DNA from: Candidatus Iainarchaeum sp.
GTDB lineage: Archaea > Iainarchaeota > Iainarchaeia > Iainarchaeales > JAZDEL01
Reading direction: 5' to 3'
DNA: 32,000 nt
NCBI GenBank assembly: GCA_043808785.1
Contig: JAZDEL010000006.1
Location: forward strand, 30,001-62,000
Positions 31,666 to 32,000 of the stretch are shown here, piece by piece (the stretch's first letter is position 1; every line of letters begins with the position of its first letter). The notes beneath the pieces are model-generated. The model searched no databases. It worked only from the letters and a program-made list of their open reading frames with translations, and was not told where the DNA came from. The position numbers and the translations under genes were made by a program.

Positions 31666-32000
31666 TGTTTACTTTCGCCCCTTTTAAGCGAAAGGCTTGT
31701 TTTAAGGCACGCACTTGGCTCCTGCGAGGCGGGCGGCTTGCTATGCACAGGGAGGGGGCTAAATTCGCGTACGCACTTCCGGCAAGGCGGGGCAAACCCA
31801 CCTTTTTCACTCACACACTTTTTGGGCCTGCCAGCGCAAAGCCTGATGCGTGCACTCACTTGCCGGCAAGCTAACCCGCAGCATTGCTTACTCTCGCTCA
31901 CTTATTGGCGCACTTGGCCAAAAGAGGCTTAAAATCAACTCACTTTTCACTTAAGGCGCGCAAGGTTACTTCTGCGGGCCTGTTTTTAGGCGAAAAATCA

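Noticed and set aside
31600-31932. ORFs of 65-110 aa overlapping the initiator tRNA and its downstream region on both strands
   Set aside because: They overlap a well-folded tRNA gene and each other. The sequences are low-complexity and Arg/Gly/Leu/Pro-rich, and no start-site signals are present.

Overview
The window is a densely packed archaeal chromosome segment. The archaeal assignment rests on aTrm56, TFE, class I LysRS, a short archaeal-type TPI, an A1:U72 initiator tRNA, BRE/TATA-like promoters and intron-containing tRNAs. The lineage cannot be assigned from sequence alone; the multi-intron tRNAs at non-canonical positions are reminiscent of DPANN/Micrarchaeota-like or Thermoproteales-like genomes.

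Left third (1-8041) is a redox and Fe-S island:
- a glutaredoxin-like fragment and a membrane-anchored thioredoxin-fold protein;
- a Cys-rich HTH regulator followed by iscS and iscU;
- a class III ribonucleotide reductase locus. It contains nrdD interrupted by a 313-aa LAGLIDADG intein, a separately encoded 53-aa glycyl-radical domain, a small redoxin, nrdG and a 2x[4Fe-4S] ferredoxin.

Middle (8093-25292):
- Glu/Leu-type dehydrogenase, endonuclease III, tpiA and a methyltransferase-like hypothetical;
- a long RelA-like RSH alarmone synthetase with a degenerate HD domain, which is unusual for an archaeon;
- a CARDB-like surface protein with a MacB/FtsX-type ABC transporter operon;
- a KaiC-like ATPase, GGPP synthase, an FN3-type surface protein, class I LysRS and a CPA2 antiporter.

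Right third (25306-32000):
- four tRNA genes, all intron-containing: Phe with 2 introns, Lys-UUU with a D-arm intron, Lys-CUU with 2 introns and initiator Met with a 12-nt intron;
- a free-standing LAGLIDADG endonuclease between two of those tRNAs;
- a MazF toxin-antitoxin pair, a minimal orphan histidine kinase, serS, aTrm56, a hypothetical and tfe.

A repeated hairpin/T-rich/C-rich element lies upstream of the TATA boxes of lysK and both tRNA-Lys genes.

The most interesting candidates are the split plus intein-containing NrdD system, the archaeal RelA-like RSH, the tRNA intron architecture with the nearby homing-endonuclease gene, and the lysine-associated upstream element.

All calls come from hand translation and motif recognition. 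No database search was possible.
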